A stretch of 64,000 bases of DNA from Octopus sinensis (lineage: Eukaryota). Each line of letters begins with the position of its first letter. Position 1 is the stretch's first letter. Positions 24,121 through 36,830 of the stretch are shown piece after piece. Below the pieces are notes generated by a model that worked only from the letters and a program-made list of their open reading frames with translations, did no database searches and had not been told where the DNA came from. The stretch lies in assembly GCF_006345805.1 (NCBI RefSeq), contig NC_043014.1, positions 47,864,001-47,928,000 of the forward strand, in the 5' to 3' direction. Position numbers and translations under genes: made by a program.

Positions 24121-24659
24121 TCAAATTATGGAATAAACTGCCTGCGTCAGTTGTTGACTGCCATGACACTGCATCTTTTAAGGCCCTCATGCTTTCCGAA
24201 ATCCGCCGAAACTACACCTGATTATATATACACTTTAGATGAGTTGTAGTGCACCTGAGCACTGTACACAATTATTATTATTATTATATTATTCTGAATC
24301 AGTAGACTGTTTGACCAATAACATTTCAACAGTGATCATCATCTGTAGCTTCATTCATTTTGGTATCATTCCTGTAGTGAGAGTCCCAATAGCTCAACGG
24401 TTTAGAGCACTGGTCTCGTAAACCAGGGGTCGTGGGTTCGAATCTCACTTAGAGCAATGCATCAGCATGTCTTTCTTTTCGGTATTTCGTCTGCCGATAC
24501 GTTCTGCGTTCAAATTATGGAATAAACTGCCTGTGTCAGTTGTTGACTGCCATGACACTGCATCTTTTAAGGCCCTCATGCTTTCCGAAATCCGCCGAAA
24601 CTACACCTGATTATATATACACTTTAGATGAGTTGTAGTGCACCTGAGCACTGTACACA

Positions 24660-24695
<36 letters not shown>
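24121..24695 (+). repeat. Two direct copies (24121-24290 and 24510-24695) of the same CR1 LINE 3' tail
   Basis: Both read tcaaattatggaataaactgcctg...gcacctgagcactgtacacaattattatt and are almost identical. Confidence 0.9.
24383..24456 (+). tRNA. tRNA-Thr(CGT)-like gene, probably a pseudogene
   Basis: D stem GCTC/GAGC, anticodon stem CTGGT/ACCAG with loop CT-CGT-AA, T arm GTGGG-TTCGAAT-CTCAC. Acceptor stem GTCCCAA/TTAGAGC has two C-A mismatches and a G-U pair. TTTT lies about 20 nt downstream. Confidence 0.6.
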
Positions 24696-24844
24696 TCTAT
24701 GATATTGAGTGCCACACCAGGGAAAAAATAATAATAATAAAAACAGTTGAAAGTAGGACGTGGATGATTAACCTAGTGATTGGTTAATGGATTATTGAAA
24801 TGTGCACCTGAGCACTGTATACAATAATTTCATTATTATTATTA

Positions 24845-25430
24845 ATAATAATAATAAACATTGTGTACAGTGCTCAGGTGCACTACAACTCATCGAAAGT
24901 GTATATATAATCAGGTGTAGTTTCGACGGATTTCGGAAAGCATGAGGGCCTTAAAGGATGCAGTGTCATGGCAGTCAACAACTGATGCAGGCAGTTTATT
25001 ACATGCTTCAGCAACTCTGAGTGTGAAGAAATGTTTCCGAAAGTCATGGGAGCTGTGTTGTTTTCTGACTTTGTAGGCATGTCCACGTGTGTTAGACACA
25101 TGGAGATCAAAAAGGTGTTCAGTGTTGTTATTGGTGAGGTGGTTGATAACTTTGTGGGCGTTTACCAAGTCCGTCGCCAAACGCCGGAGCTTCAGTGAAT
25201 CCATGCCCAGGGAAACAAGGCGCTCAGAATATGGTAGGTGTCTGATGGAGGGTATGCGTTTGGTTGCACGTCTCTGAACAGATTCCAGGAGGTCAATGTT
25301 CTGAGCAAGATAGGGGTTCCAAACTGATGATGCGAATTCCAAGTGTGGTCGTACCATAGCTGTATACAGTTTTAAATAGATGGCTGGAGAGCGGCTAACA
25401 AAAGTCTTATTGACGTCTGTATATAAAGCA
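24845..25430 (-). mobile_element. 5'-truncated CR1-group LINE 3' end
   Basis: MVRPHLEFASSVWNPY...VQRRATK...TRGH...FFTLRVAE.NKLP; ends in a short 3' UTR and (ATT)n tail. Confidence 0.9.
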
Positions 25431-25708
25431 AAGGTTAATACCACTGGGTGTTACAATTTTATTTCGGGATGAATAACTCCTCGCATTTTTTTACTACCAA
25501 GTCAGTAACATTTGGATTCCGTGACGCACTATTTTATTTCATATTTTTCAATGAGCTAAGCAACACACACAAAAAAAGACCAATAAATAACAATCAAGGA
25601 AGTTAACTCCAATGTTATAGAAATTATCTCCCTTCCCTTGACACGACACATGTGAGTGAGTGCGCGTGCGGCGATGAATGTAGGGGAAAAAAAGAGAGAT
25701 TGACTGAC

Positions 25709-25833
25709 CTGTACTGTCGACTGTAGTGCCCAGCCGTTGTATACTGTTGTGTGCCGAGTGTGGAGCTTTGTAGACTACAAGGGTGACATCATCCTCATCA
25801 TCACGGGAGGGAGTCGGAGGAAGTTGGCGACGA
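25709..25833 (-). CDS. CBL: Cbl exon, proline-rich region: (S)RRQLPPTPSRDDEDDVTLVVYKAPHSAHNSIQRLGTTVDST(G)
   Basis: Open frame with an RxLPPxP SH3-ligand motif in a GC-richer island. Acceptor ccttctatatcag, donor gtcagt; 125 nt, phase 2 to 1, which exactly bridges the exons at 28407 and 17144. Confidence 0.82.
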
Positions 25834-26067
25834 CTGATATAGAAGGTAATGATAATGATGTTGGAAGTCGGTTATAGTAATGAGATTAACTTTGCACACA
25901 GATATATACATAGTAGTGAGAAAAACAATTATGAGGTACGCTAAAGTATAATTCTTGCATCAGCCTAAACTACATAAAGATAAGCTGTATAAGACTTGTA
26001 CCTGAAGGTAAATGGAGCTAACAATAATTTCATATTGTTATACACAACTCACTGTTACTATGGTTAT

Positions 26068-26467
26068 ACTCTTTTACTCTTTTACTTGTTTCAGTCATTT
26101 GACTGCGGCCATGCTGGAGCACCGCCTTTAGTCGAGCAACTCGACCCCGGGACTTATTCTTTGTAAGCCCAGTACTTATTCTATCGGTCTCTTTTGCCGA
26201 ACCGCTAAGTGACGGGGACGTAAACACACCAGCATCGGTTGTCAAGCAATGCTAGGGGGACAAACACAAACACACACACACACGTACATATATATACATA
26301 TATACGACAGGCTTCTTTCAGTTTCCGCCTACCAAATCCACTCACAAGGCATTGGTCGGCCCAGGGCTATAGCAGAAGACACTTGCCCAAGATGCCACAC
26401 AGTGGGACTGAACCCGGAACCATGTGGTTGGTTAGCAAGCTACTTACCACACAGCCACTCCTGCGCC
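26068..26467 (-). mobile_element. SINE family 1
   Basis: Full-length copy. Confidence 0.9.
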
Positions 26468-28406
26468 TACGTAATTATGCGTAATTAAAAAAAAAAAAAA
26501 GAAGCATAACAGACCAAAGTGTTAAATGTAAACGCTCTCAGCTCCGTCCCTACCCCCTACGTCTCTGACACTCATACTGGTCTTTATGATAACCAGTATT
26601 AGTATAGACAACCCAGTGTACATATGTTAACATGAACGCAGTAAAAGGTATATTTTAACATGATCAAACCAGTAATAAGTTCACAGAGAAACCCAAGTGC
26701 ATATCCCTTCAGCATATAAACTGACCACATCTGGCCCAAATATTCTATCTGTTTCATCTTCGAACTGACCAGAATCCATCCTCTCACTCCTACCTTATAA
26801 TCACATCACTGAATTCTTGAAGCTACAAGATAACGCATGATTAATTCAAAACAATGCAAATAAATAAGCATTACACTTGATACAGTAATATGAATATTAA
26901 CATGAATAAATTAGAATGGGTACATTAGCATAAATAAAACAGTATGTGTTTAGATGCACACACTAGTATGTATATGTTAATATGGACAAACCAGTATATA
27001 TTAACAGACAAACCAGTATGTATGTATGTATAAACACAGATAAACTAGTATGTAAATATTAATATACCCAAGCTTGGGACATACAGGGTGTTTGGGTTAA
27101 ATTTGACAGTTTGCATAAGAAGGAAACGCATACACAAATTCCCATCCAAAAATAAATGTATTTTAAAAAACCAAAAAAATCTCATCTAGAATATGACTGG
27201 GAGATAACAATTTACTCAAAGTAGATAAGATGAGCACCTAACTTTACGACTTTACATTTCAATGACTGATGGAAGAGGGGACACTGAATACATGGTCAGA
27301 CCAACACAGTCCTCTCTCTTGCACATTACATCACATGTCCGCACCAAAACAGTTCTCTTTCTCTTACACATTCAATTCCTCTGATATCAAGTTTTCCTTT
27401 CAGTTTACTTCTGCTCCGTTATTCCTCATCATCGGCGTTTAACATCCGCCTTCCATGCATGCATGGGTAGAAAACTACCCCAGGCTACTGTATCTGTTTT
27501 GGCAAGGATTTTACAGCTAGATGCCCTTCCAAACACCAATCACTCTGCAAAGTGGACTCAGTGCTTTTTACATGGCACTAGCACAGGTGAGGTTAGTTTT
27601 GGCATGATTTTTACAGCTGGTTGCCCTTCCAAATGCCAACCACTTTACAGTGTGGACTGGATGCTATTCAAGTGCCACCAACACTGGCAGGGTAATCAAG
27701 TAACTCACAAGACCAGGAATTTTGAGAGGGGCAGGGCATTTGAGGAGAGGAACTTGTGTCAGAGGATGAAAGCTTAGAGTGTGACAGAAACAGATAAGCA
27801 GAAACAGGTGTCTTGCTATAATGGAAGGGGCACTGGAGATAATAATACAGTGTCAGATGATAAAAGGTTAGAGAGTGACGGAAATAGAGAGGCAGAAATG
27901 GGTATCTTGCTATAGAGGAGGTAAATGGTTATCATTTCTTTCCAACCTTACTTCACACTCATTTCACTCTCACATTTCATGCAGTATTGTGCAATTTGCT
28001 CCTCAACCACGCAGAGAATTGTTTTGTTGCCAGCAGAGATAAAAGTTCTCTGAACTCTTTCTTCTCCAATCTTACTCTAGGTACTATGCTTTCAGAAACA
28101 TCTATTTTCCACTGTGGATTAGGTCACCTTGGTAACAGAAGCTATTGACCACATCTCATTTAATTCAAAACAATTTTGTGTTAATACAGAGTGGGTGGGG
28201 AGCAATAGCTTAACTATTCAGGGTATCAATGGTTTCACCATGTTATTTAAGAATGTGTGTGTGTCTCACTCTGGAATAAGAACAAGTTAATCCTGTTGCT
28301 CCAGTGTGAGGGGTCCCAATAGGTTAACCTTGTTACTTTAGCTCAGTGGAGGGGACACATTATTTCATTTAAAACAGAAATAAGACAAAGTGTGAGTAAA
28401 ATTTAC

Positions 28407-28540
28407 CTGGGAGGTTTTGGTGAAGAATTTGGTGAATGTAAAGGAGATGATAGCGGTGATGGTCGCCGTGGTGGTACTGGGGGTGGTGCTACATCTTTCT
28501 GGGAGGCATTTGGAGAGCCGAATGGGGATTTATCGCGATA
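28407..28540 (-). CDS. CBL: Cbl exon, proline-rich region: YRDKSPFGSPNASQKDVAPPPVPPRRPSPLSSPLHSPNSSPKPP(S)
   Basis: PPVPPR motif as in CBL (PPVPPRL). Acceptor atgttccag, donor gtaaat; 134 nt, phase 0 to 2, matching both neighbours. Confidence 0.9.
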
Positions 28541-29206
28541 CTGGAACATAAAAATGGAGAGAAAAAAAAAATTAGAATTGGACAAACAGACATTCCAGAA
28601 GTAAAGGATTATTTAAGCATGTCTTATATTCAAAATCCTGACAGATCTAAGAGATATTCAATAATCTCTCTCTCTTATCATATATACATATATATATAAC
28701 TGTTTAAGGCAAAACCTAAAGCCACAATCAAATATCCTTGGCAAGACAAGAGTGTCATAGCCGATTTAAACATCCATGTAGAATAAACTTAATAGGTCGA
28801 TTCCTCATCCATTAAAACTGGAGGCAGAGTCCATCATACATATTACATATATATAATTTTTTTTCTCTTTTCTTTTGTCTCTTTCTCATATGTGTATGCA
28901 AGTGTGTCTGTGTAGTTGTGAAAGAGTAGTAGCAATAATTTGTGTGGTTCTGTGGGTCTCTTCTATACTGATAACCACAGACAGGCACACAGATGTGAAA
29001 CATTACCTGGTCCTTTGGGTGGACAACTAGAGCCTGTAAATTCGATGTGCTCTGACAGGGGTCCTGAAAATAGAGATAAAATGAACATCCAACTTTACAT
29101 TTCAATGACTGATGGAAGGGGTAACATTGAATACATGCCAGATTACACACACACACACAAACTTTATTGTTTGCTAACCAACTATATCATAGTGTACTAC
29201 CTTCTT

Positions 29207-29439
29207 ATTTCTTTATTGCCCACAAGGGGCTAAACACAGATAGGACAAACAAGGACAGACAAACAGATTAAGTCGATTACATCGACCCCAGTGCGTAACT
29301 GGTACTTAATTTATCGACCCCGAAAGGATGAAAGGCAAAGTCGACCTCGGCGGAATTTGAACTCAGAACGTAGCGGCAGACGAAATACCGCTAAGCATTT
29401 CGCCCGGCGTGCTAACGTTTCTGCCAGCTCGCTGCCTTC
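29207..29439 (-). mobile_element. SINE family 2 (gaaggcagcgagctggcagaa... head; cctttcatcctttcggggtcgataaa central block)
   Basis: Many copies in the window. The central block resembles, from memory, the Deu/Nin SINE domain (not verified). Confidence 0.85.
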
Positions 29440-30019
29440 TGTCAACCAGGTAGACTGAGGTTGCAGACCAAGGGGGTTTGAACCCATAACTTGGGTCATG
29501 TTACAGTCCTGGAACCTTATTAGATATGCCATGCATCACCACAGTCATCCTTCCCTTAATCATTATTACCAATACCACCATCTCTCCCCCTTCATCACTA
29601 ATAATGCCATCCTAACCATCACCACCACCATCATCATACTTTAATGACTGACGTCACATGTGACAAGTCAAGGTGTGTCCAATAACAAAATAGCACTTAT
29701 TAACACACCACTAATTAGCAAACATTTGAAGTCACTAAGTAAATCACTAGAAATTGTGTGTATGTGTGTGCTAAATGTGTGATAACTATCAGTATGTGGA
29801 ATGTTTTAGTCTCTATATGGGATATGTGTGTGTGTTTGTACGAGTGTATATGTGTATGTGTGTGTGTGTACATGCACATGTATGTGTGTGTTTGTATATA
29901 TGTATGTGTACATGTGTGTGCGTAGGCATGTTTATGTATGAAAGATAAAAGAATTCAGGTTGAATCAGCAATGCTGTAATGTTTTAAGGAGGAAGTGGAA
30001 GGGAGGTTGTCCTAATTAA

Positions 30020-30355
30020 TGATACCCCCAGTTTTTTGTCCTAATTATTAATACCCATAACTCTTTGCCCAAATTAATAATACCCAGTTTTTCCTGAAAT
30101 AATACCTTTAGTTTATGCCCTAGTTAATAAAATCCTCAGCTTTTGTCCTAATAAATAAAATCTAGTTTTTGTCCTAATTAATAAAATCCAGTTTTTGTCC
30201 TAATCAATAAAATCCTCAGCTTTTGTCCTAATTAATAAAATCTAGTTTTGTCCTAATTAATAAAATCCAGTTTTTGTCCTAATCAATAAAATCCAGAGTT
30301 TTTGTCTTAGTTAATAAAATCCAGTTTTTGTCCTAATTAATAAAATCCAGTTTTT
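30020..30355. repeat. About 22-25-bp minisatellite (taataaaatccagtttttgtcctaat)
   Basis: About 13 units by eye. Confidence 0.9.
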
Positions 30356-31152
30356 CTTCTTTCTTTTTGGTCCTCATTAATACCCAAATTTTCAGATTTG
30401 AGGGCTGTCAAGCAACATTATACATCTTCATACAGTGTTGGTTCATCTACTATCACTGCTGCTGAGTCAATGGTTAACATACCACAATCTGACCAAAACA
30501 GTGTTAGTAGTTACTAATATGTACCATGGGTAAGGTTGGGTTCAGTTCCTGGTGGTACGTTGTGTCCTTGAGCAAGACACTTTATTTCACGTTGCTCCAG
30601 TCCACTCAGCTGGCAAAAGTGAGTAGCACTTGTATTTCAAAGAGCCAGCATTGTCACATTCTGTGTCACATTGAATCTCCTACATTAAGGGTATGTATGT
30701 CTGTGGAGTGCTCAGCCCCTTGCATGTTAATTCCATAAGCAGGCTGTTCCATTGATCGGATCAACTGGAACACCCATTGTTGTAAGGTGCATGGGAACGT
30801 ACTGATTGCTATCAGAACTACTGCGCAATGGATGTCTTAGTTTGAAATCTGGAATCAGACAGAGAAGTATAGGAGAGGTAACAGGACGAGGAGAACATCC
30901 TGATGTGTTGTGTGACTGGAACTGACAAAGCAGGGTAGAGGCAGAGCAAAAGGAAAGGGGACGAGGGTGGAAGGTGCCTCTACTGCCCTCTAGGAGCAGA
31001 ATTTTCTATCATGTCAGTAAATTAAGGTGGTGGGGGGAGACACCAAGTGCTGAGAACCTTCACCATGTTACTGACAGACTGAGACCCCTTACAGAGGGTC
31101 ATTGCAGAAGGGAAGGAGCCACAGCTGGCCAAAAGCAAAAAATATAACTTAC

Positions 31153-31299
31153 CTCATCATCTTCATCATCCTGAATGAGATTTTCTCGGCATTCGTTCAA
31201 CTTACACAAAGATTTTGGATCAAAAGGATCAACCACCACCTGCTCTGTCCCTTTGATTTCACAACGACAGAATGGACAACCCTGTCCACCTTCAACGTC
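31153..31299 (-). CDS. CBL: Cbl exon, RING C-half and RING tail: [49 protein letters not shown]
   Basis: [22 protein letters not shown] is diagnostic of Cbl proteins. Acceptor ttgccag, donor gtaagt; 147 nt, phase 0 to 0. Lies within track ORF 31099..31347. Confidence 0.97.
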
Positions 31300-31415
31300 C
31301 TGGCAACGAGAAAGAGGAAACCCAACATTTAAAGGATCAGTCATCAAACATTCCTGAAACGTTTAAGGTGCGATTAATTAGTGTGAATGTTGGTAGTACG
31401 TTAGCATTTGCTGAC

Positions 31416-31451
<36 letters not shown>

Positions 31452-32153
31452 TCATTTTTTTTAACTGTGGAACTCAAGTTGATAAAGCTATAAATAACAA
31501 TATATTGGGCCAAAAACCCTAGTCAAAAATTAATTATTTAACATCTCTTGAAATTTCTAAATTCATATGACAAATTATTAATATCAACATTACCATACTT
31601 ATTACAACAGAGTTCAAAATCAGCCAATGTGACCAACTCTCATCCCACCCAAGGTTCATCAAATATTGAGGCAAACTAAATTGATTTTAACCTTCCACTA
31701 ACACATGTAGCCAAACTGGTAGAATTGTAGGCATGTGGGAATAAAATGCCTAGTAACATTTCTTTCGGTGGTTTATGTCCATAGTTCAATTTCTGCCAAG
31801 GCCAACTTTGGCTTTCATCCTTTCAGGGTCGATAAAAACAAGCATCAGTTGAAAACACTGAGGTTGAAATAATCAACCACCTCCATCTCCACCCTAAATT
31901 TCAGTAGAAAGAATTATTATTATTATTATTATTATTATTAAGGAGGTGAGCTGGTAGAATCGTTAGCACACAGGACGAAATGCTCAGAGACATTTCTTTT
32001 GTCTTTATGTTCTGTGTTTGAATTCTGCTGAGGTTGTCTTTACCTTTCATCCTTTCAGTGCCAATAAAATAAGTACCAGTTAAGTACTGGAGTCAATTTA
32101 ATTGACAAACCCCCTCCCCTAAGAAAAAAAGGTTAGGTCTTGAGCCTATAGAA

Positions 32154-32448
32154 CAATGGTTCCCAAATTTTTTCAGGCTGCTGCCCCCGTGACACCCAGG
32201 CCACATTCCTAGTACCCCCCATCCCAAACAGATCTCTTCTTGAAGCAAATTCAAAACAACTGTATTTCACAAATAAAATTTAACCTAATGACCCCATTAT
32301 TTTGTTGTTTTTATATGAATCACTACCCCATTATTACCCCTCTTTTTACATGAATCATGACCTCATTGTCGCCCCATTTTTCTTCAATGATCCCTTGGAA
32401 CTTCCACCACCCCCAAGGGGGCAATACCATCCACTTTGGGAACCACCT
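32154..32448. mobile_element. hAT-type MITE
   Basis: TIRs caatggttcccaaa / tttgggaaccacct; 8-bp flanks CTATAGAA and TTATAGAA. Confidence 0.65.
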
Positions 32449-33193
32449 TTATAGAAAAATACTATTCCTGCCATTAACAAATGCAACAATCATTGATTAG
32501 GCAAAAGAGTTATGCCTCTTTAAATTCCAAGTTCAAATCTTGGAGTTGACTGCCTTCTGGTCCTTCAGGGGTTGATAAAATAAAATACCAGTTAAACATT
32601 GACGATGATCTAATCAATTATACCCTTTCTGGTTATCTTGTGCCTGTATTATGTAATAATTACTTCAAATATTGATACATGGACAGCAATTTTAGGAGGG
32701 GAGTTAAGTCATTTACATCAACCCCAGTACTTGACTGATAAATTTCTACCTTTGGAAGCTTTAAACATTAAATGTTTCCAAGATGAGATACTAGTCAGTC
32801 TATTAAATATAACACTAAACAAGCCCACTATATATTCTGATTAAAAATGTAAACAAAATTATAATTATTATACTCCAGAGATACAAGATGATTTGAATGA
32901 AGTTTGAACTACTATACTTAAAATATCCATTTAGAAATAATTGTGGTGGCAAAAAATGAAAACGAAAAAAAAAAAATGTTAACTCAATGACAAATTATTT
33001 TAGTTCAGTAAATAAGGGAGACAAGTTCAGGAATGTTTTAGTTTTATTAAACCTCCACAGCAAAGTGGTGATTTGATCCCTCCTACCCAAGAAGCAGATG
33101 AAACAATGACACTACTTTGCTCAAGCAGATGCGACCTCAGTTATTTTGCTCAACTAAACATTTTGAATCAACCCTTTCATTACCATATTCCTA

Positions 33194-33422
33194 TTTCTTT
33201 ATTACCCACAAGGGGCTAAACATAGAGGGGACAAACAAGGACAGACATAGGTATTAAGTCGATTACATCGACCCCAGAGCGAAACTGGTACTTAATTTAT
33301 CGACCCCGAAAGGATGAAAGGCAAAGTCAACCTCAGCGGAATTTGAACTCACAACGTAACGACAGACGAAATACCGCTAAGCATTTCATCCGGCATGCTA
33401 ACGTTTCTGCCAGCTCGCTGCC
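33194..33422 (-). mobile_element. SINE family 2 with 18-bp TSD
   Basis: ttcattaccatattccta at 33176-33193 and 33423-33440. Confidence 0.9.
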
Positions 33423-34284
33423 TTCATTACCATATTCCTAATGAAATGCATTGTCTTCTTTGCACTTAATTTTTGAAACTAATGAAAAATTTAGTAAAAT
33501 AATTTTGTTGTTAAGCAGGTGTTTCGAACATAAATCAACATGAAATTTTTATGCGAAGCTTTTTTTTAGATCACTTTAAAGCAGAAAGTTTGTATTATAG
33601 AACAAGGGACAGTCTCAAGCAGATTAGTATGAAAATGGTTAAGTTTTCAACATTGTCTCATTAAACTGGGTAAATAATAGTCTATATTTTTCAGTGAAAA
33701 TATTACAAAAACCAACCATTGTTAATATAAAGACACTAAAATATGAGATAATATTTAATAAGTGAGATGATTGTTAATTGAACATACAGTTGTCGGTCTG
33801 TTTGAAACATTTCAATGTGAAACTAAGGAAACAAATATTTTTCACAACACATTTAGAATTTTCTGGAACAAAGGCTGTAGACTGGCAGGATTGGTTGTGA
33901 ATTAGGGGGAAAAAAGTGCCGTATGGTATTTAGTAACAACCCTTTACATAGTCAAACCAGACCTGAATCCTTAGGCTATATTTATGATATGATGCCAGTG
34001 GAAGAACAAGAACCAAATAGCTGGAAAAATAACCATGAAACTAGAAGCTTTACCTTCTCAAATCAGTACCATGGCAATTTGAAAACACTTTAGAAATTAA
34101 GGTTAGACAGGAACCAAATATATATCAAAGACAACCAGATGACAATCAGAGAACAAATTGGAGTGTGACCATGCTGGGGCAACACTTTACATTGTAAATA
34201 TATATACTAATTATTGTCATATATATACAGTCACCATCATCATCTTTTAATGGCCACCTTCCATGCTGGCACAAATTAGAAACT

Positions 34285-34545
34285 TTTGCATCACTCCGAA
34301 AAGCTCTATCTGCGACGATTTCATCTCAATCAAAGGAGAGGGGCTTTCTCCGTCCGGGTTGCGGATCCGTGGAATAAGCTGCCGGACGAGATAGTGAAGA
34401 TGCAGACGACAGCTCAGTTCAAAGTCTCTATTGACCAGAAATGGCCTGAACTCTTTGCATGAACACCCTCCCTGTACATAACTCCATGTCCCCCTACATG
34501 GCCTTGCTTTTTGCTTTTTGAGCCAAAAAATTAACTTAACTGAAC
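34285..34545 (+). mobile_element. CR1-group LINE 3' end fragment
   Basis: Translates to ...FSVRVADPWNKLPDEIVKMQTTAQFKVSIDQKWPELFA*, typical of the CR1/L2 ORF2 C-terminus. Confidence 0.7.
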
Positions 34546-34850
34546 TATAATTTGATGAGTCTCAAGACTGCATCATGGTCCAATGTCTACTTTGACATAA
34601 TTCCTATTGCTGGATGCCCTTCCTAACTGACCACACACACACACACAAACACATGCACAAGGCAGGCCTCTTTTCAGTTTCCATCAAGCAAGTTTCTTCA
34701 AACAGCATTGGTTCGCCCAGACTGGACTAAAAGACATTTGCCCAAAGTTGCAAACAGTGCAATCTGAACTTGAAGCCATGTGATTGAGAAGTGGACTTAT
34801 GAGCCATATTTGTGCCTAAGCATTGTAAATGTATACACTGTAAATACTGC

Positions 34851-34906
<56 letters not shown>

Positions 34907-35471
34907 ATATATATATATATATAAAATCCATTCTGTCTGTCTGTGTGTGTGGCTTCTAGGATCTCAGGCATCCTCCATCCAATTGCACTCAAATTTGATA
35001 TGTAGATACCGACGGTATCAGGGAGTGTATAAGTCTTGAAAAAATTACAAAAATCGATTCCAGGTGAGAATGCGATTGATAAAGCTGTGGGAAATCGCTT
35101 TTCTTTGGAATATAAAAAAGTCAATCTTTATTTCTTCTTTTGCTGGTGTCTCAAATTTAGGTTAAATCAGTGTTTCTCAAAGGGGAGGCCTATGGGACGG
35201 TCGGACAAGTTGTTTTGAAAACATTTGGTTTAAATGTTTGACAACTCAGCACCGTCCATTGGACAGGGAGTGTTTTGCTCATATATATATATATTATATA
35301 TATATATATATATATGACAAATATGGTTAATAGTTTGGAAACCAAAATTTTAAGTCATCTTAAACCATTTACATACTTATTCAGAAATGCTGAATTAAGG
35401 CTAATAATTAATATCTCAATAAAATCCTGGTCAGTACTGGTTTCAGAATATTGTGTGATCATAGTAATATA

Positions 35472-36743
35472 TTGGGTCATTCCATAAATAATGTGGTTTT
35501 TTTTAATTGTATGAACTAAAAGCCAGAGGGGGACAGGATAAACTATCTGCACTAGTTTGCTAAAAAGCAGGTAATAATTTTACTTGGTCTTATTCTTAGT
35601 GCAAGTTTTGAAGAGTGCAGGCAGTTCAATTTTAAGCTATTTTGTCAAAGCTATAATGGAAGTGATGAGGTATATTCAACACATTTTGTTTTACGAGTTC
35701 AATAAAGACAGCAATACAACAAAGTGCAAGGAATATTAATATATGGCGATCAGATAATAATTGTAAGTCAGTGTCAACGGTGGTTCCAGATATTCCAAGC
35801 CAGAAACTACAGCCTGGAAGACAAGACTCATCCTGGAAGATCTGTAGAGCTCAATGAGGATGTCCTGCAAATTCTGGTGGAACAGAATCCTAACATAATT
35901 GTTGAGGAACTAACAGAGAAGCTTGGATTTGGTGATTCAACCATTCATTGACACCTGTGTGCCATCGGAAAAGTCAGCAAATTGGGTCAATGGTTTCCTC
36001 ACAAACTTTCCAAGGCTAATCATGCACAGCGGGTGAATGCATGCTCTTCTTTGCTGACACATCTCATGAATGAACCTTTTTTGGACTGATTAGTGACTGG
36101 TGATGAGAAATGGGTTCTCTATAAAAATGTCAAGAACTGAAGACAGTGGATAGGGAAAAGAGAAACACCATCATCCCACATGAAAGAAGGTCTTCACTCA
36201 CGTAAGGTGTTGTTATCTGTTAGGTGGGATACGGAAGGTTAAGTCTACTTTGAACTTTTAAACCCAAACCAAATGATATGAAAGGAGATCTACTGCGAGC
36301 AGCTTAATTGGTTTAAGTCAGCACAAGAAGAAAAACAACCATCTTTGGTTTCAAGACAAAAGGTGTTCTTCCATCAGGATAATGCCCAGCCACATACAGC
36401 AAGGATGACATTCCAAAGGGTGGAGCAGTCTGAACGGGAAACGATGCCCCACCCACCATATTCGCTGGACATTGCCCCATCTGATTATCATTTATTCTGC
36501 AGTCTTCAAAATCATTTGGACGGAAAAAATATGAATTCTGTAGACAAGGTGAGAAGAGTACTGGAGGAGTATTTTTCGTCACAGACAAGTGAATTTTGGA
36601 AGAGGGGCTTTACAAGTCTACCAGATAGATGGAAGAGCATTGTAGAAAATGAAGGAGAGTATATTTTAGATTAAAAAAGAACTTTATCTTAATTTTGAAA
36701 AATAAAAGTATTAAAAAACTGCATTATTTACGGGATGATCCAA
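35472..36743 (+). mobile_element. Full-length decayed mariner (DD34D) transposon
   Basis: TA target duplication on both sides; about 30-bp TIRs (ttgggtcattccataaataatg / cattatttacgggatgatccaa); LVTGDEKW and HQDNAQPH...HPPYSLDIAPSDYHLF with 34 residues between the 2nd and 3rd Asp; several internal stops. Confidence 0.95.
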
Positions 36744-36830
36744 TACATTAACATATGCACACATGAATATATATATATATATATATATATATGAGTTCAT
36801 TGTTTAAACCTCGCCAAGATAAATATTTAA

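Noticed and set aside
34915-35280. Possible non-autonomous Helitron-like element (TATATAAAA...ctgtctgtctg...caaatttg)
   Set aside because: The 5' part resembles such elements, but no CTRR end or subterminal hairpin could be confirmed.
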